Source of the DNA: Saccharofermentanales bacterium
GTDB lineage: Bacteria; Bacillota; Clostridia; Saccharofermentanales; DTU023
Direction of reading: 5' to 3'
Assembly: GCA_050945515.1 (NCBI GenBank)
Contig: JBMNTB010000003.1
Span: forward strand, 44,954 to 108,953
Length of the DNA stretch: 64,000 nucleotides
The notes below the pieces were generated by a model that had not been told where the DNA came from, ran no database searches, and worked only from the letters and a program-made list of their open reading frames with translations. Positions 46,000 to 55,907 of the stretch are shown piece by piece. Position 1 is the stretch's first letter. Each line of letters starts with the position of its first letter. The position numbers and the translations under genes are program-made.

Positions 46000-47363
46000 A
46001 AACAAAAGCGACAACAAAGATGACTCAGGCAGGCAGTCTGGCTCTAACATTTTGCTTGTTGCTGCCGGTGGTTTTCCTTTTCTTATTGGCCTTATTTGAT
46101 AATGCTCTTAGGGATCGCAGAGATTTGGATCTCAGTCGTTGGGCCGCTGCTAATCTGGAACTGAATCTAGCCCACTTTGATCAGAATCTGTGGCAGAATT
46201 TCGGTCTTTTCGCACTGAATGAATCCTTAGACAGCCTACCTTCTGTACATTATGACAATACTGCTGCAATTCAGATCACGGGAGTGCAGACTCTGTTTGA
46301 AAACAAATTGCTCTGTGAGCAAATATTGAGACACATGAAGCTTAGATTTCCTGCCGAGATAATTCAGAGAATTTCGCATCGCATCAGTCAGGTACGGATT
46401 GTTGACAGCAATTCATTGACAGGTTCTCTGAATGATCTGTTCTCGGAAGATGGTTATGCGGAAGCCCAAGATCATCTCACCGCAAAACTTACTGCTGATC
46501 CTGAATGGGAAGGGGAGCTGGATGAATATTTGGCAGAAGAAATTACTCCGCTTTACAACAAAATTGCATCGACCCTGATGCCGGTTCATATCTATGACAA
46601 AAAGGGTGATATTACTGCCGGCGATAAACCTGATTTTTTTGATCCTGAGAGTATGTCTAGGCTGACCTCGGTTTTCGATTCGATTTTGGCAGTACCTAAC
46701 ACTACAGCACTCGATAAGCTATATCTTGCCGGCTACGCTTTAGACTATTTCCCGGCGGCAGTATCGAGCCGTATCGGGTCAAAACAGGCATTCCCCAGAT
46801 ATACTCCGGATGGCAGATCTCACAGGGAGCTGATTCAGTCCAGACCATATGAACTGGAAGAGATACTGACTGGACGTCCCGGTAAACGAGCTGCTGATGA
46901 GATCAAGTCCAAGCTGATTATTTTGCGGTCACTAATCCAATTGGCTCACCATGCTAAGGATAAAGTTTTGCGCTTTACATACCGTCTGGCTGCAAAGGGA
47001 TTTGTTGCCGGAATTGCCGTGATTTCCCTAGGAACAATAGTTTTGCCTCCGGAACCATTTGAATATTTGATGTTGATAGCAAGAGCAGTTGCCGATGGAA
47101 GCCGTGATGTGAACAGGCTTAGACGCGGCTATGGGGTTTCCTTCTGGCCGGGGGAGCGATCTTCAGTAATCCTGTATTATCACGATTATCTACTCCTGTT
47201 TATACTGGTACAGCCCGAAGAGGAAATACTATCACGGATGGGAGCAATCATCCGACGTCATCACCCCGGTCCTGCTTGGATCAGATTAAAAGCCGAAACC
47301 GTTACTCAACAAGGCAAGGTCTTTAGCCTTGAGGGAGGCTATCAAGCGAATGACGTCAGATAA
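45996..47363 (+). CDS. Membrane-anchored protein of unknown function (TadG-like architecture)
   Basis: 455 aa, linked to the upstream ORF by an ATGA overlap. The N-terminus MTQAGSLALTFCLLLPVVFLFLLALF forms a single hydrophobic helix. Internal motifs ELEEILTGRPG and YHDYLLLFILV are present. Confidence 0.55.
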   Translation: MKTKATTKMTQAGSLALTFCLLLPVVFLFLLALFDNALRDRRDLDLSRWAAANLELNLAHFDQNLWQNFGLFALNESLDSLPSVHYDNTAAIQITGVQTLFENKLLCEQILRHMKLRFPAEIIQRISHRISQVRIVDSNSLTGSLNDLFSEDGYAEAQDHLTAKLTADPEWEGELDEYLAEEITPLYNKIASTLMPVHIYDKKGDITAGDKPDFFDPESMSRLTSVFDSILAVPNTTALDKLYLAGYALDYFPAAVSSRIGSKQAFPRYTPDGRSHRELIQSRPYELEEILTGRPGKRAADEIKSKLIILRSLIQLAHHAKDKVLRFTYRLAAKGFVAGIAVISLGTIVLPPEPFEYLMLIARAVADGSRDVNRLRRGYGVSFWPGERSSVILYYHDYLLLFILVQPEEEILSRMGAIIRRHHPGPAWIRLKAETVTQQGKVFSLEGGYQANDVR

Positions 47364-47384
47364 GATGCGCGTCAGGTATGGGAA

Positions 47385-48404
47385 ATGATAAGTAAAAGCG
47401 AATTTAGAGAGAATAGAAACAGCGGTATGGCTACCTTGGAAGCAGCTATTGTTTTGCCCATAATCCTGACGCTCATTTTCTTTTTGCTTTCTGCGATTCG
47501 TTTGGTAAGGGAAGACAGTCTTCTGCGCTATGCTCTTGACCAGACTTGTGAAGAAATTGCCCTGTTACTGCCTGCTGCTGAGGTAATTGCCTCTCCTGTG
47601 CTGGCAAAGACAAATGATATCCCTCAGATATTGGTTGAGGTATTACCAATTCCGGGAGCAGCGAATATTATACGTGATATGGTTGTAGATCTCGGTTCTT
47701 CTTTAATGTTCGGCAACTTGATTAACAGTCGTATAGACTATTGGCTGAGCGAGGCTCGAACAGGGCTGGGGCTTGATCTGATCGGCCACCGGAGAAAATT
47801 GATTCTGGATTGGAATAGTGAGGACAATATACTCAATCTGCTGGTAAAATACCGTCAGAATACCGTGCTGGGGCCGATCAGTAAAACAGCACATGGTATT
47901 ATTCCGCTCTGGACTTCAGGATTAGCAAAGAACCAAATAGGTGAAGGGCTGGAAGAGACAGATGATGGTAATTCAGATCAGGATGATATCTGGAGTCTGA
48001 GTAATTTTACCCGTGGGCAGATCTTTCGTGACAAATACGGAGCAAATCTGCCGTTCAATTTTCCTGTGATCGCCGCCTGGGATGGAATGACGGCAACTGC
48101 AATTAAAAGTATGGATTTAACCGCACCCAGTTATAATTCTTCCACATACACAACTGCCCAGCTGGAACGGCATTTTATTACTTTAGCTAATTTTCAAGGC
48201 GCCAAGCTTACAAGCAAAGGGCGGGAATACCTGGTTCCGGCTCAAATCAGTAGAAAACAGCTAATTTTAGTCATCCCCAATAATCATCCTCAGTGGCTTG
48301 ATCAGTCTCAGAAAGATGAATGGCATAGGCTGGCAGCAAGTTATTCCATAGAACTGCAGATCAGAAAATATGGCTCAAGCATGCGTTACCAAGATCAAGG
48401 ATAG
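47385..48404 (+). CDS. TadE-like pseudopilin-type protein with large C-terminal domain
   Basis: 339 aa. The N-terminus NRNSG/MATLEAAIVLPIILTLIFFLL matches the G/xxxxE-plus-hydrophobic-helix prepilin-like motif of TadE-family proteins. Confidence 0.6.
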   Translation: MISKSEFRENRNSGMATLEAAIVLPIILTLIFFLLSAIRLVREDSLLRYALDQTCEEIALLLPAAEVIASPVLAKTNDIPQILVEVLPIPGAANIIRDMVVDLGSSLMFGNLINSRIDYWLSEARTGLGLDLIGHRRKLILDWNSEDNILNLLVKYRQNTVLGPISKTAHGIIPLWTSGLAKNQIGEGLEETDDGNSDQDDIWSLSNFTRGQIFRDKYGANLPFNFPVIAAWDGMTATAIKSMDLTAPSYNSSTYTTAQLERHFITLANFQGAKLTSKGREYLVPAQISRKQLILVIPNNHPQWLDQSQKDEWHRLAASYSIELQIRKYGSSMRYQDQG

Positions 48405-48478
48405 AAAGTGTCTCTTCTTGTCTAAGTGATGTTGCTGACGTATCATTAACATGATTTGATCAGGAGAATAAGAGACTT

Positions 48479-51364
48479 ATGGGCATATTGAATAAAATAT
48501 TAGGCACCTATTCTGAGCGTGAATTGAAGCGGCTAAAGGGTACTGTTTCTCGTATTATGAGCCTGGAAACAGCTTATAAAGAGCTCAGTGAGGACGCGCT
48601 GAAAAATAAGACAAATGAATTTAAACAGAGATTGGCACGAGGAGAAGATCTGGATTCTTTGCTGCCCGAAGCTTTTGCTGTGGTTAGAGAAGCGGGGGAT
48701 AGGGTTCTGGGGCTTAGGCATTTTCCCGTACAGTTGCAGGGAGGTATTGTTCTGCATCAGGGCAGAATTGCTGAAATGAGAACCGGTGAAGGTAAGACTC
48801 TGGTTGCCACCCTGCCGGTTTATCTCAATGCCTTGACGGGTAAAGGTGTTCATATTGTTACGGTCAATGACTATCTGGCTGCACGCGACAGCGAATGGAT
48901 GGGTAAAATCTACCGTTATCTGGGCCTATCTGTAGGTCTTGTCGTTCATGGACTGGATAAGCCGGCCAAACAAGCTGCCTACGCCTCTGATCTGACCTAC
49001 GGCACAAATAATGAGTTCGGCTTTGATTATCTGCGGGATAATATGGTTTTGCGTCTGGAAGATCTGGTTCAAAGAGAGCTGAATTTTGCCATCGTTGATG
49101 AGGTTGACAGTATTCTGATCGATGAAGCGAGAACACCCTTGATTATTTCCGGTCGCGGCAGCGAATCTTCTGAGCTTTATCGCAGCGCAGATGGTTTTGT
49201 CAGGAGATTGAAAGAGAAAAGAATCAAAGAAACCGGTACTATGCGTTCCGCCGAAGAAATATCCGATCTGGAAGGTGATGCTGATTATATTGTCGACGAA
49301 AAGGCTAAGACAGCTGTCCTGACACAAAAAGGCGTTGCTAAAGCGGAATCTTTTTTCCAAATTGGCAATCTGTCAGATCAGGAGAATTATGAGATTAACC
49401 ACCATATCAACAATGCATTGAAAGCACATGGCACAATGCGTCTTGATGAGGATTATGTAGTAGCTGATGATGAAGTTATCATTGTGGACGATTTTACAGG
49501 CCGATTGATGCCCGGTCGCAGATATAGCAATGGTTTACATCAGGCGATTGAAGCGAAAGAGAATGTCAAGATTAAAAAAGAAAACAAGACTTTAGCTACT
49601 ATCACATTCCAAAATTATTTCCGGATGTACAGTAAGCTCTCGGGCATGACAGGTACGGCTTTGACTGAAGAAGATGAATTCCGACAAATTTATAATCTGG
49701 ATGTCATAACAATTCCTACTAATATGCCAATGATCAGAACTGACCAGGCCGATGCTGTATACAAGACACAAGCAGGAAAATACAGGAATTTACTGGAAGA
49801 GGTACGAGCGGCTAATGCCACTGGTCAACCGGTTCTGGTGGGCACAGTATCTGTAGAAAAATCGGAATATTTATCAAGTCTTTTCTCCAGAGCGGGTGTT
49901 CGGCACAATGTATTGAATGCTAAGAATCACGAGCGGGAAGCGGAGATTGTCGCTCAGGCCGGTCGCTTGGGTGCGGTTACTATTGCCACCAATATGGCAG
50001 GCAGAGGTACCGACATCCTTCTGGGTGGTAATCCCGAATTTTTGGCCAAACAGGAAATGCGCCGCAGGGGCATTGATGAGGAATTAATTGAGGCTTCAAC
50101 TGCCCATAATATTACTGATGATCAGACAATCCTGGAAGCTCGGGCGCTGTATTCCGAGTTGAATGCCAACTTTGCTGCTGAAATCAAAGAAGAAAAACAA
50201 CAGGTAATCGCTAAGGGTGGTCTTTATATAGTTGGTACGGAGAGGCATGAATCACGGCGCATTGATAATCAGCTGAGGGGACGTGCCGGCAGACAAGGGG
50301 ATCCGGGCAAAAGTATCTTTTATCTATCCCTGGAAGATGATCTGATGAGACTGTTCGGCGGGGAGCGTCTGGAGAGGATGTTTGAAACACTCGGCGTCGA
50401 TGAGGATATGCAAATTGACCATCCTATGTTGAGCCGTGTAATCGAAACTGCACAGAAGCGGGTTGAAGGCAGAAACTTTGCAATCAGAAAAAATGTGCTT
50501 GAATATGACGATGTAATGAACCAGCAGCGCAATCTCATATACAAACAGCGCCGTGAAGTATTGGAGGGCAAGGATCTCCATGATTACTATCGTGGCATTA
50601 TCACGGAGCTGATGAGAAATATTCTGCTTGACTTTATTGCCGGTGAAGCCGATACCGCTAATTGGGACAAGGCCGCCTTGATCACACGCTTGCATGATCT
50701 GTTTGGTGAACTGCCGTCTTTAGCTTATCTGCTGAAAGCAAAAGGACAAATTGATGGCGAAGAGCTCAACTGTCAGCTGACAGAAGAAGCTCTGGCACAT
50801 TTGGAGAGTAGGACAGTTGAATTGGGCTCTCCTGAGCTCTTACGTGAAGCTGAACGGCTGATTCTGCTGCAGACTGTGGACAATCATTGGATGGACCATA
50901 TTGATGCCATGGACGATCTGCGAGACAGTATTGGTATGAGAGGTTATGCCCAGCATGATCCGGTCGTGGAATATAAAAGAGAAGGCTTCGATATGTTTGA
51001 AGCTATGACTAATGGTATCAAAGAGGATGCTGTCCGTCTGATTATGCGTGCCCGTTTGACTGCGGATGATTCCGGCAGAAGAAAAGGAGCCAGACATACT
51101 GAATTGACAGAGGGTAGAGGCTCATCAGGCTTTTCAGCCCTGGCGGAAGTAACAGGCTCTGCGGACAATGAGGGAGGCAAAATGAGCCGCCGTGCCCGCC
51201 GAGCCAGACCGGATCTGGCGGCAGCTGCAGCGCCACCTACGCAACAGCCAGTGAGAAAGGACTATATTCCCGGCAGAAATGATCCCTGTTGGTGCGGCAG
51301 CGGCAAAAAATATAAGAACTGCCATTTGAACTCCGATAACGAGAAAATGATGCAAAAAGGCTAA
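48479..51364 (+). CDS. secA: Preprotein translocase ATPase SecA
   Basis: Motifs [33 protein letters not shown] and [10 protein letters not shown], plus the C-terminal SEC-C zinc motif [13 protein letters not shown]. Confidence 0.97.
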   Translation: MGILNKILGTYSERELKRLKGTVSRIMSLETAYKELSEDALKNKTNEFKQRLARGEDLDSLLPEAFAVVREAGDRVLGLRHFPVQLQGGIVLHQGRIAEMRTGEGKTLVATLPVYLNALTGKGVHIVTVNDYLAARDSEWMGKIYRYLGLSVGLVVHGLDKPAKQAAYASDLTYGTNNEFGFDYLRDNMVLRLEDLVQRELNFAIVDEVDSILIDEARTPLIISGRGSESSELYRSADGFVRRLKEKRIKETGTMRSAEEISDLEGDADYIVDEKAKTAVLTQKGVAKAESFFQIGNLSDQENYEINHHINNALKAHGTMRLDEDYVVADDEVIIVDDFTGRLMPGRRYSNGLHQAIEAKENVKIKKENKTLATITFQNYFRMYSKLSGMTGTALTEEDEFRQIYNLDVITIPTNMPMIRTDQADAVYKTQAGKYRNLLEEVRAANATGQPVLVGTVSVEKSEYLSSLFSRAGVRHNVLNAKNHEREAEIVAQAGRLGAVTIATNMAGRGTDILLGGNPEFLAKQEMRRRGIDEELIEASTAHNITDDQTILEARALYSELNANFAAEIKEEKQQVIAKGGLYIVGTERHESRRIDNQLRGRAGRQGDPGKSIFYLSLEDDLMRLFGGERLERMFETLGVDEDMQIDHPMLSRVIETAQKRVEGRNFAIRKNVLEYDDVMNQQRNLIYKQRREVLEGKDLHDYYRGIITELMRNILLDFIAGEADTANWDKAALITRLHDLFGELPSLAYLLKAKGQIDGEELNCQLTEEALAHLESRTVELGSPELLREAERLILLQTVDNHWMDHIDAMDDLRDSIGMRGYAQHDPVVEYKREGFDMFEAMTNGIKEDAVRLIMRARLTADDSGRRKGARHTELTEGRGSSGFSALAEVTGSADNEGGKMSRRARRARPDLAAAAAPPTQQPVRKDYIPGRNDPCWCGSGKKYKNCHLNSDNEKMMQKG

Positions 51365-51381
51365 TATCGACGCAGCACAAT

Positions 51382-51410
51382 TTGACAGTAATGCGCTTGC
51401 TTGCTATCAT
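51382..51410 (+). promoter_or_regulatory. Promoter for tRNA-Thr
   Basis: TTGACA, 17-nt spacer, TATCAT. Confidence 0.5.
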
Positions 51411-51432
51411 TTAATGGCTTATTTTTACTTGT

Positions 51433-51507
51433 GCCGAAGTGGCTCAGTGGTAGAGCAATTCACTCGTAATGAATAGGTCGTGAGTTCAATCCTCACCTTC
51501 GGCTCCA
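51433..51507 (+). tRNA. tRNA-Thr (anticodon CGT), CCA encoded
   Basis: The cloverleaf was folded by hand. Acceptor stem is GCCGAAG/CTTCGGC, D arm GCTC-AGTGGTA-GAGC, anticodon arm ATTCA-CTCGTAA-TGAAT and T arm GTGAG-TTCAATC-CTCAC, followed by T-CCA. Confidence 0.9.
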
Positions 51508-51514
51508 AGTTAAA

Positions 51515-51552
51515 GCCCCTGCGACTGATATGTTACGGGGGTTTTGTTTTTT
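51515..51552. terminator. Hairpin with T-run between tRNA-Thr and the convergent tkt gene
   Basis: GCCCCTG ...14 nt... CGGGGGT, a 7-bp stem with 2 G-U pairs, followed by TTTGTTTTTT. Confidence 0.45.
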
Positions 51553-51557
51553 CGATG

Positions 51558-53543
51558 TCAGTGTCTGTTATTCAACAGCTGTTTAGCCTCTGAGGCGATC
51601 GCTTCAGCGGTAAAGCCGAAGTGTTCGAATAATTCTGATCCCTTGCTTGAGACACCAAAACAGTCCAGCCCAATGATAGTACCATTTAGGCCTACATATT
51701 TATGCCAGCCAAATGAAGCGGCAGCTTCTACAGCCAGCCTTCGATTGCATGTGGGAGGCAATACCAGATCTTGATAGGATCGATCCTGTTCCGAAAAAAG
51801 GTTCTGGCAAGGCATGGAAACTACTCTGACCCTGATGTTCTCCTTTTCCAGTATCTCTGCGGCCTCTAGAATCAGACTCACTTCAGATCCGCTTGCCATC
51901 AGGATCAGCTGGAAATGATCTGAGTCTTTGAGGATATAGGCACCATTCAGGGCACCCCGGAAGTCACCTCCGACATATGCCAGTTTCTGTCTGCTCAGAA
52001 TAAAAGCAGTTGGCTTTTGGCTGGTGAGCCAAAGCTGATATCCGGCGGCAACTTCATAGCCGTCTGCAGGGCGGAAGACATTGATATTAGGCGTGGCGCG
52101 CAAAGCGGCTAATTGCTCAATCGGCTGATGGGTCGGACCATCTTCGCCAACACCTATGCTGTCATGGGTAAAGATATAGAGGGCGGGAATATTCATCAGA
52201 GCGGATAAACGAATTGATGGTTTCATATAGTCTGAGAAGATCATGAAAGTAGCAGCAAAGGAACGAAGTCCGCCATACAAGATGAGACCATTGACAATAG
52301 CACCCATGGCGTGTTCCCTCACTCCAAAATGAATATTTTTCCCCTCGGGAGTAGCGTTACTGAAGCTGCTTTCTCCTTCAAGCACAGCATTATTGGAGCT
52401 GGCCAGGTCAGCAGAACCGCCGATCAGATTTGATAATTTTCGGTTGAGGAAGTTTAAAACCCGCCCGGAATGGACTCTGGTTGGTTGACTTTCACTTAAA
52501 GAGCTAATTGTATCCAAAGACAAATCTGCGGGCAGATTACCGGCCAGATTTTTTTCAAATTCAGCAGCCAAATCAGGAAAAGCACTTTTCCAAGCTTGAT
52601 AAAGCTTCTGCCATTTTTCTTCTGTTTGAGCCAGGAGATTTTGTCGCTCCTGCATGAATTCTTTTACTTCAGCAGAGACGGTGAATGCTGCACGTTCGGT
52701 AGAAAATCCTAATTGTAATAGAGTGGATTCTACGGCAGCACTGCCTAAAGGAGCTCCGTGAGATTTGGCATCGCCTGCCAGAGGACTGAAATTGCCGATT
52801 ATTGTGCGGACGGTGATTAAGCTGGGCTGATCAGCATTAGATCTGGCAGCTTCAAGTGCCATCCTGATAGCAGTTGTATCCTCTCCATCATCTACAGTTA
52901 GGACCTGCCAGCCACAGGATTGGTAACGTGTCGTTATATCTTCTGTGAAAGTTATATCCGTTGAGCCATCAATAGTTATTTTATTGTCATCATAGAGTAC
53001 GATCAATTTGCCCAGACCGAAATGTCCGGCCAGGGAGGATGCTTCATAACTGATCCCCTCCATCAGATCGCCATCACCTGCCAGGACATAGGTATAGTGA
53101 TCAATGACAGGAAAGTCGGGTCGATTATATCTGGCAGCCAGATGCATCTCAGCCATCGCCATACCCACTGCAGTAGCTAAGCCTTGCCCCAGCGGGCCGG
53201 TTGTCATTTCAACTCCGGGTGTGCAGCCGTATTCGGGATGTCCCGGCGTATTGCTGCCAAGTTGGCGAAATTGCTTAAGATCAGTGCTGGATATCTGATA
53301 GCCTAAAAGGTGCAACACACTATATAACAGAGCAGAGCCATGACCGGCTGACATAATGAAGCGATCCCGGTTTAGCCATTCCGGATTAAGAGGATTATGC
53401 TGCAAATGATTGAAATATAGTTCAAATAATGTTGGAGCTGCTCCTAAGGGTAAACCCGGATGGCCTGAATTGGCTGCTTCGATAGCCTCAATCGACAGTG
53501 CCCTGGCAGTATTTATGGCTTGCTGATACAAGTCTTGTGACAT
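51558..53543 (-). CDS. tkt: Transketolase
   Basis: Motifs [18 protein letters not shown] and GDGDLMEG. 661 aa. Confidence 0.95.
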   Translation of the reverse strand: MSQDLYQQAINTARALSIEAIEAANSGHPGLPLGAAPTLFELYFNHLQHNPLNPEWLNRDRFIMSAGHGSALLYSVLHLLGYQISSTDLKQFRQLGSNTPGHPEYGCTPGVEMTTGPLGQGLATAVGMAMAEMHLAARYNRPDFPVIDHYTYVLAGDGDLMEGISYEASSLAGHFGLGKLIVLYDDNKITIDGSTDITFTEDITTRYQSCGWQVLTVDDGEDTTAIRMALEAARSNADQPSLITVRTIIGNFSPLAGDAKSHGAPLGSAAVESTLLQLGFSTERAAFTVSAEVKEFMQERQNLLAQTEEKWQKLYQAWKSAFPDLAAEFEKNLAGNLPADLSLDTISSLSESQPTRVHSGRVLNFLNRKLSNLIGGSADLASSNNAVLEGESSFSNATPEGKNIHFGVREHAMGAIVNGLILYGGLRSFAATFMIFSDYMKPSIRLSALMNIPALYIFTHDSIGVGEDGPTHQPIEQLAALRATPNINVFRPADGYEVAAGYQLWLTSQKPTAFILSRQKLAYVGGDFRGALNGAYILKDSDHFQLILMASGSEVSLILEAAEILEKENIRVRVVSMPCQNLFSEQDRSYQDLVLPPTCNRRLAVEAAASFGWHKYVGLNGTIIGLDCFGVSSKGSELFEHFGFTAEAIASEAKQLLNNRH

Positions 53544-53775
53544 TTTAACCTCCCATTTGATTTCTGTTTTACGCTAACAATTCAATTCTATCACTGATTG
53601 CGAAAGGGAAAACCGCAACCTTTAATGCTGCTGAGTGAATTTTTATTTTAGGATCAGTTTTAGACATGTCAATAAGATAGCAGCGGATAAAGTCTGCTCA
53701 TATGTAATCAGAATTTATGTTTATGTGAGATCAGCTACTAAGATAAGCATCGATCAGATGTCGATTATTAGGTTA

Positions 53776-53801
53776 TAAAAAGGAGCCTGTTTGCAGGCCC
53801 C
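53776..53801 (-). terminator. Rho-independent terminator after the ferritin gene
   Basis: The minus strand reads GGGGCCTG caaa CAGGCTCC TTTTT (one mismatch). Confidence 0.65.
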
Positions 53802-53841
53802 TTAATAGCTAGCTAAGTTTAAATAGCGGCGTGTGCAGAAA

Positions 53842-54366
53842 TTATTCGAGATAAGGAATAACAGCAGGTACAAAGACGCGCGTACCCATTTGCTTGTCCC
53901 ACATGCGCAAAGGCCCGGGCTGCCCGTTTTCACTAGAGACATTGTCGCAATTATCTTCCTGATTTGCTTCTTCTTCCACCTGTTCTATGACGTACCAGTC
54001 AAGGAACAGAACGGCTGCCTTGTCACCGGCTTCAGCCGCGATATCAACTAATTCGTTGATCCAGGCCGTGATCTGCTGCTCATGTTTCAAGGCGCCTTCG
54101 AAAACAGCCTGGACATTCTCCCAAGTTTCCGGTTCAGGTTTGTCAATCCGGTCGATATCAGCCTTGACACCTCTCATCTGCAGATATTCGAACAGGCCCT
54201 GAGCATGAGACAATTCCTCCATGTACTGGATATACATCCAGTGTGCAGCACCGGGGAAGCTATTTTGGTTTAGCCAGTCGGACATCTGCAGATAGAGAAA
54301 AGCGGAATAAAATTCTCTGTTAATCTGAGTGCTAAATGCTTTACGAACTTTTTCCTTCATTTTCAT
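53842..54366 (-). CDS. Ferritin
   Basis: Sequence INREFYSAFLYLQMSDW...AHWMYIQYMEELSHA, giving ferroxidase E and ExxH ligands. ATG 54366 lies after AAAGGGG. Confidence 0.85.
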   Translation of the reverse strand: MKMKEKVRKAFSTQINREFYSAFLYLQMSDWLNQNSFPGAAHWMYIQYMEELSHAQGLFEYLQMRGVKADIDRIDKPEPETWENVQAVFEGALKHEQQITAWINELVDIAAEAGDKAAVLFLDWYVIEQVEEEANQEDNCDNVSSENGQPGPLRMWDKQMGTRVFVPAVIPYLE

Positions 54367-54638
54367 AATTAAAGCCCCTTTCAATCTTCGTGAATATGAT
54401 CCGATATACACGGAATATTGTGATAAAAATCTTATTTTTCATCTCCTATCTTCGCATTAATGCCTTGCTAAACTCTGTAGCCAACGTTACTTTATATAAA
54501 GTATAGGCGCCTATAATCGCCGCTGCACCTAAAAATTATCCTCTGTATTTATGATATAATTGTCTAGTATTAATGGGCCAAGCACAAAGCTCAAATTTGT
54601 GAAACACACAGCTCCAATTTACGGTGAAGAGGTTAAGA

Positions 54639-55907
54639 ATGGGAAAAAGCAAAATCCGCTTTATCCAAACCGGTGACTGGCATCTGGGGCAGACCTGGCC
54701 TCTGCTATCCTCTGACGCCTCGAAGTTACTCAAAACCAAACAAAATGAACTAGGCAAAGCATTGATCGAAGCCTGCCGTGATCATCAGGCGGATTTTCTG
54801 ATTTTGACCGGGGATATTTTTGATCGAGTCCGCCCGGATAGGCAATGCCTGACATCCTTTGTTCACCTCATAAAAGAACTTGCCGATCTGCCGATCATTA
54901 TTGCTCCCGGTAATCATGATCCTATGCCGCCGGGGGCTCCCTGGCTGGGTGAAAAGTGGCCGGCAAATGTCCATATCTTCAGCAGAGAAAACAGCATATT
55001 TGAATTCCCGGATCTCAATACAGTTTTTACCGGTCTGGCTTTTGAACATCAGACGGCAGTCAGGCCGGGCTATTTCCCGGATTCTAATGTCAGTGACGGT
55101 TCGGCTTTTCAGATAGCGGTAGCACACGGGGATCTACTGGATAGAAATTCACCGTTCCGCCCCCTTTCTTCGGAGCTGATCCGCAGCAGTAATGCCGATT
55201 ATTTTGCTGCGGGGCATAATCATCAGCTGATCATCGATGAGCAGTCTGAGGTGCCCTATGCCTCAGCCGGAGCACCGATCGGTCGAAGTTTCCGGGAACC
55301 TGGCAGCAAAAGCTTTCTCTACGGTGAATTGTCCGGTGACTTGATCAAGGGAGGTCGAGCCAATCTGGATCTAGTTACGAGAAAACAGATGCAAAAACTG
55401 AAAAATACTCAGTTGAAACTACAGGAATATCCCTTATTCCTGCCTACTTTCGAGCGAATCGAGTATCAATGCCTGGGCAATGAATCGACTGCCGATATTA
55501 TCCGCCGTCTGCAGCAGCAAATCCGAACCAATCAAGTCAATATTCATCCGGACAGCCTCTGGCAGCTGGTATTGCGGGGCAGAAAGTCAAGATTGGCAGA
55601 TATAGGTCAGCTGCGGCAGTATTTCCAGCGCAACCTATTATTTATTGAGATCCTTGATGAACGGACTTTCCCCAGTTTTCCGGGACAGGAGTTCAGACTT
55701 TTATTCCCGGGCTTTGCTCTGACAGCTGAGCGTCAGAGTGCCGACCATCAGCAGCAGGCTGAAGAACCAAGGCCTAAACATCTGGCTATATCCTACCTGG
55801 CATCTGCAACAGAGACCGCATCTGCCATAGTCCGCCAGCAAGAATTTGTACAGTTGTCGACTGCGCCGAAATCGCAGTCAAGACGCAGCCGGGATGCAGG
55901 ACAATGA
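54639..55907 (+). CDS. Metallophosphoesterase, SbcD/YhaO-like DNA exonuclease subunit
   Basis: Calcineurin-type motifs are all present: GDWHLG, LTGDIFD, GNHD, VAHGD and AGHNHQ. ATG 54639 is preferred over the track start at 54624. Confidence 0.8.
   Translation: MGKSKIRFIQTGDWHLGQTWPLLSSDASKLLKTKQNELGKALIEACRDHQADFLILTGDIFDRVRPDRQCLTSFVHLIKELADLPIIIAPGNHDPMPPGAPWLGEKWPANVHIFSRENSIFEFPDLNTVFTGLAFEHQTAVRPGYFPDSNVSDGSAFQIAVAHGDLLDRNSPFRPLSSELIRSSNADYFAAGHNHQLIIDEQSEVPYASAGAPIGRSFREPGSKSFLYGELSGDLIKGGRANLDLVTRKQMQKLKNTQLKLQEYPLFLPTFERIEYQCLGNESTADIIRRLQQQIRTNQVNIHPDSLWQLVLRGRKSRLADIGQLRQYFQRNLLFIEILDERTFPSFPGQEFRLLFPGFALTAERQSADHQQQAEEPRPKHLAISYLASATETASAIVRQQEFVQLSTAPKSQSRRSRDAGQ

Noticed and set aside
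51544-51774. A plus-strand 76-aa ORF following tRNA-Thr.
   Set aside because: It lies antisense to the 3' end of transketolase and begins inside the terminator T-run. It has no RBS.
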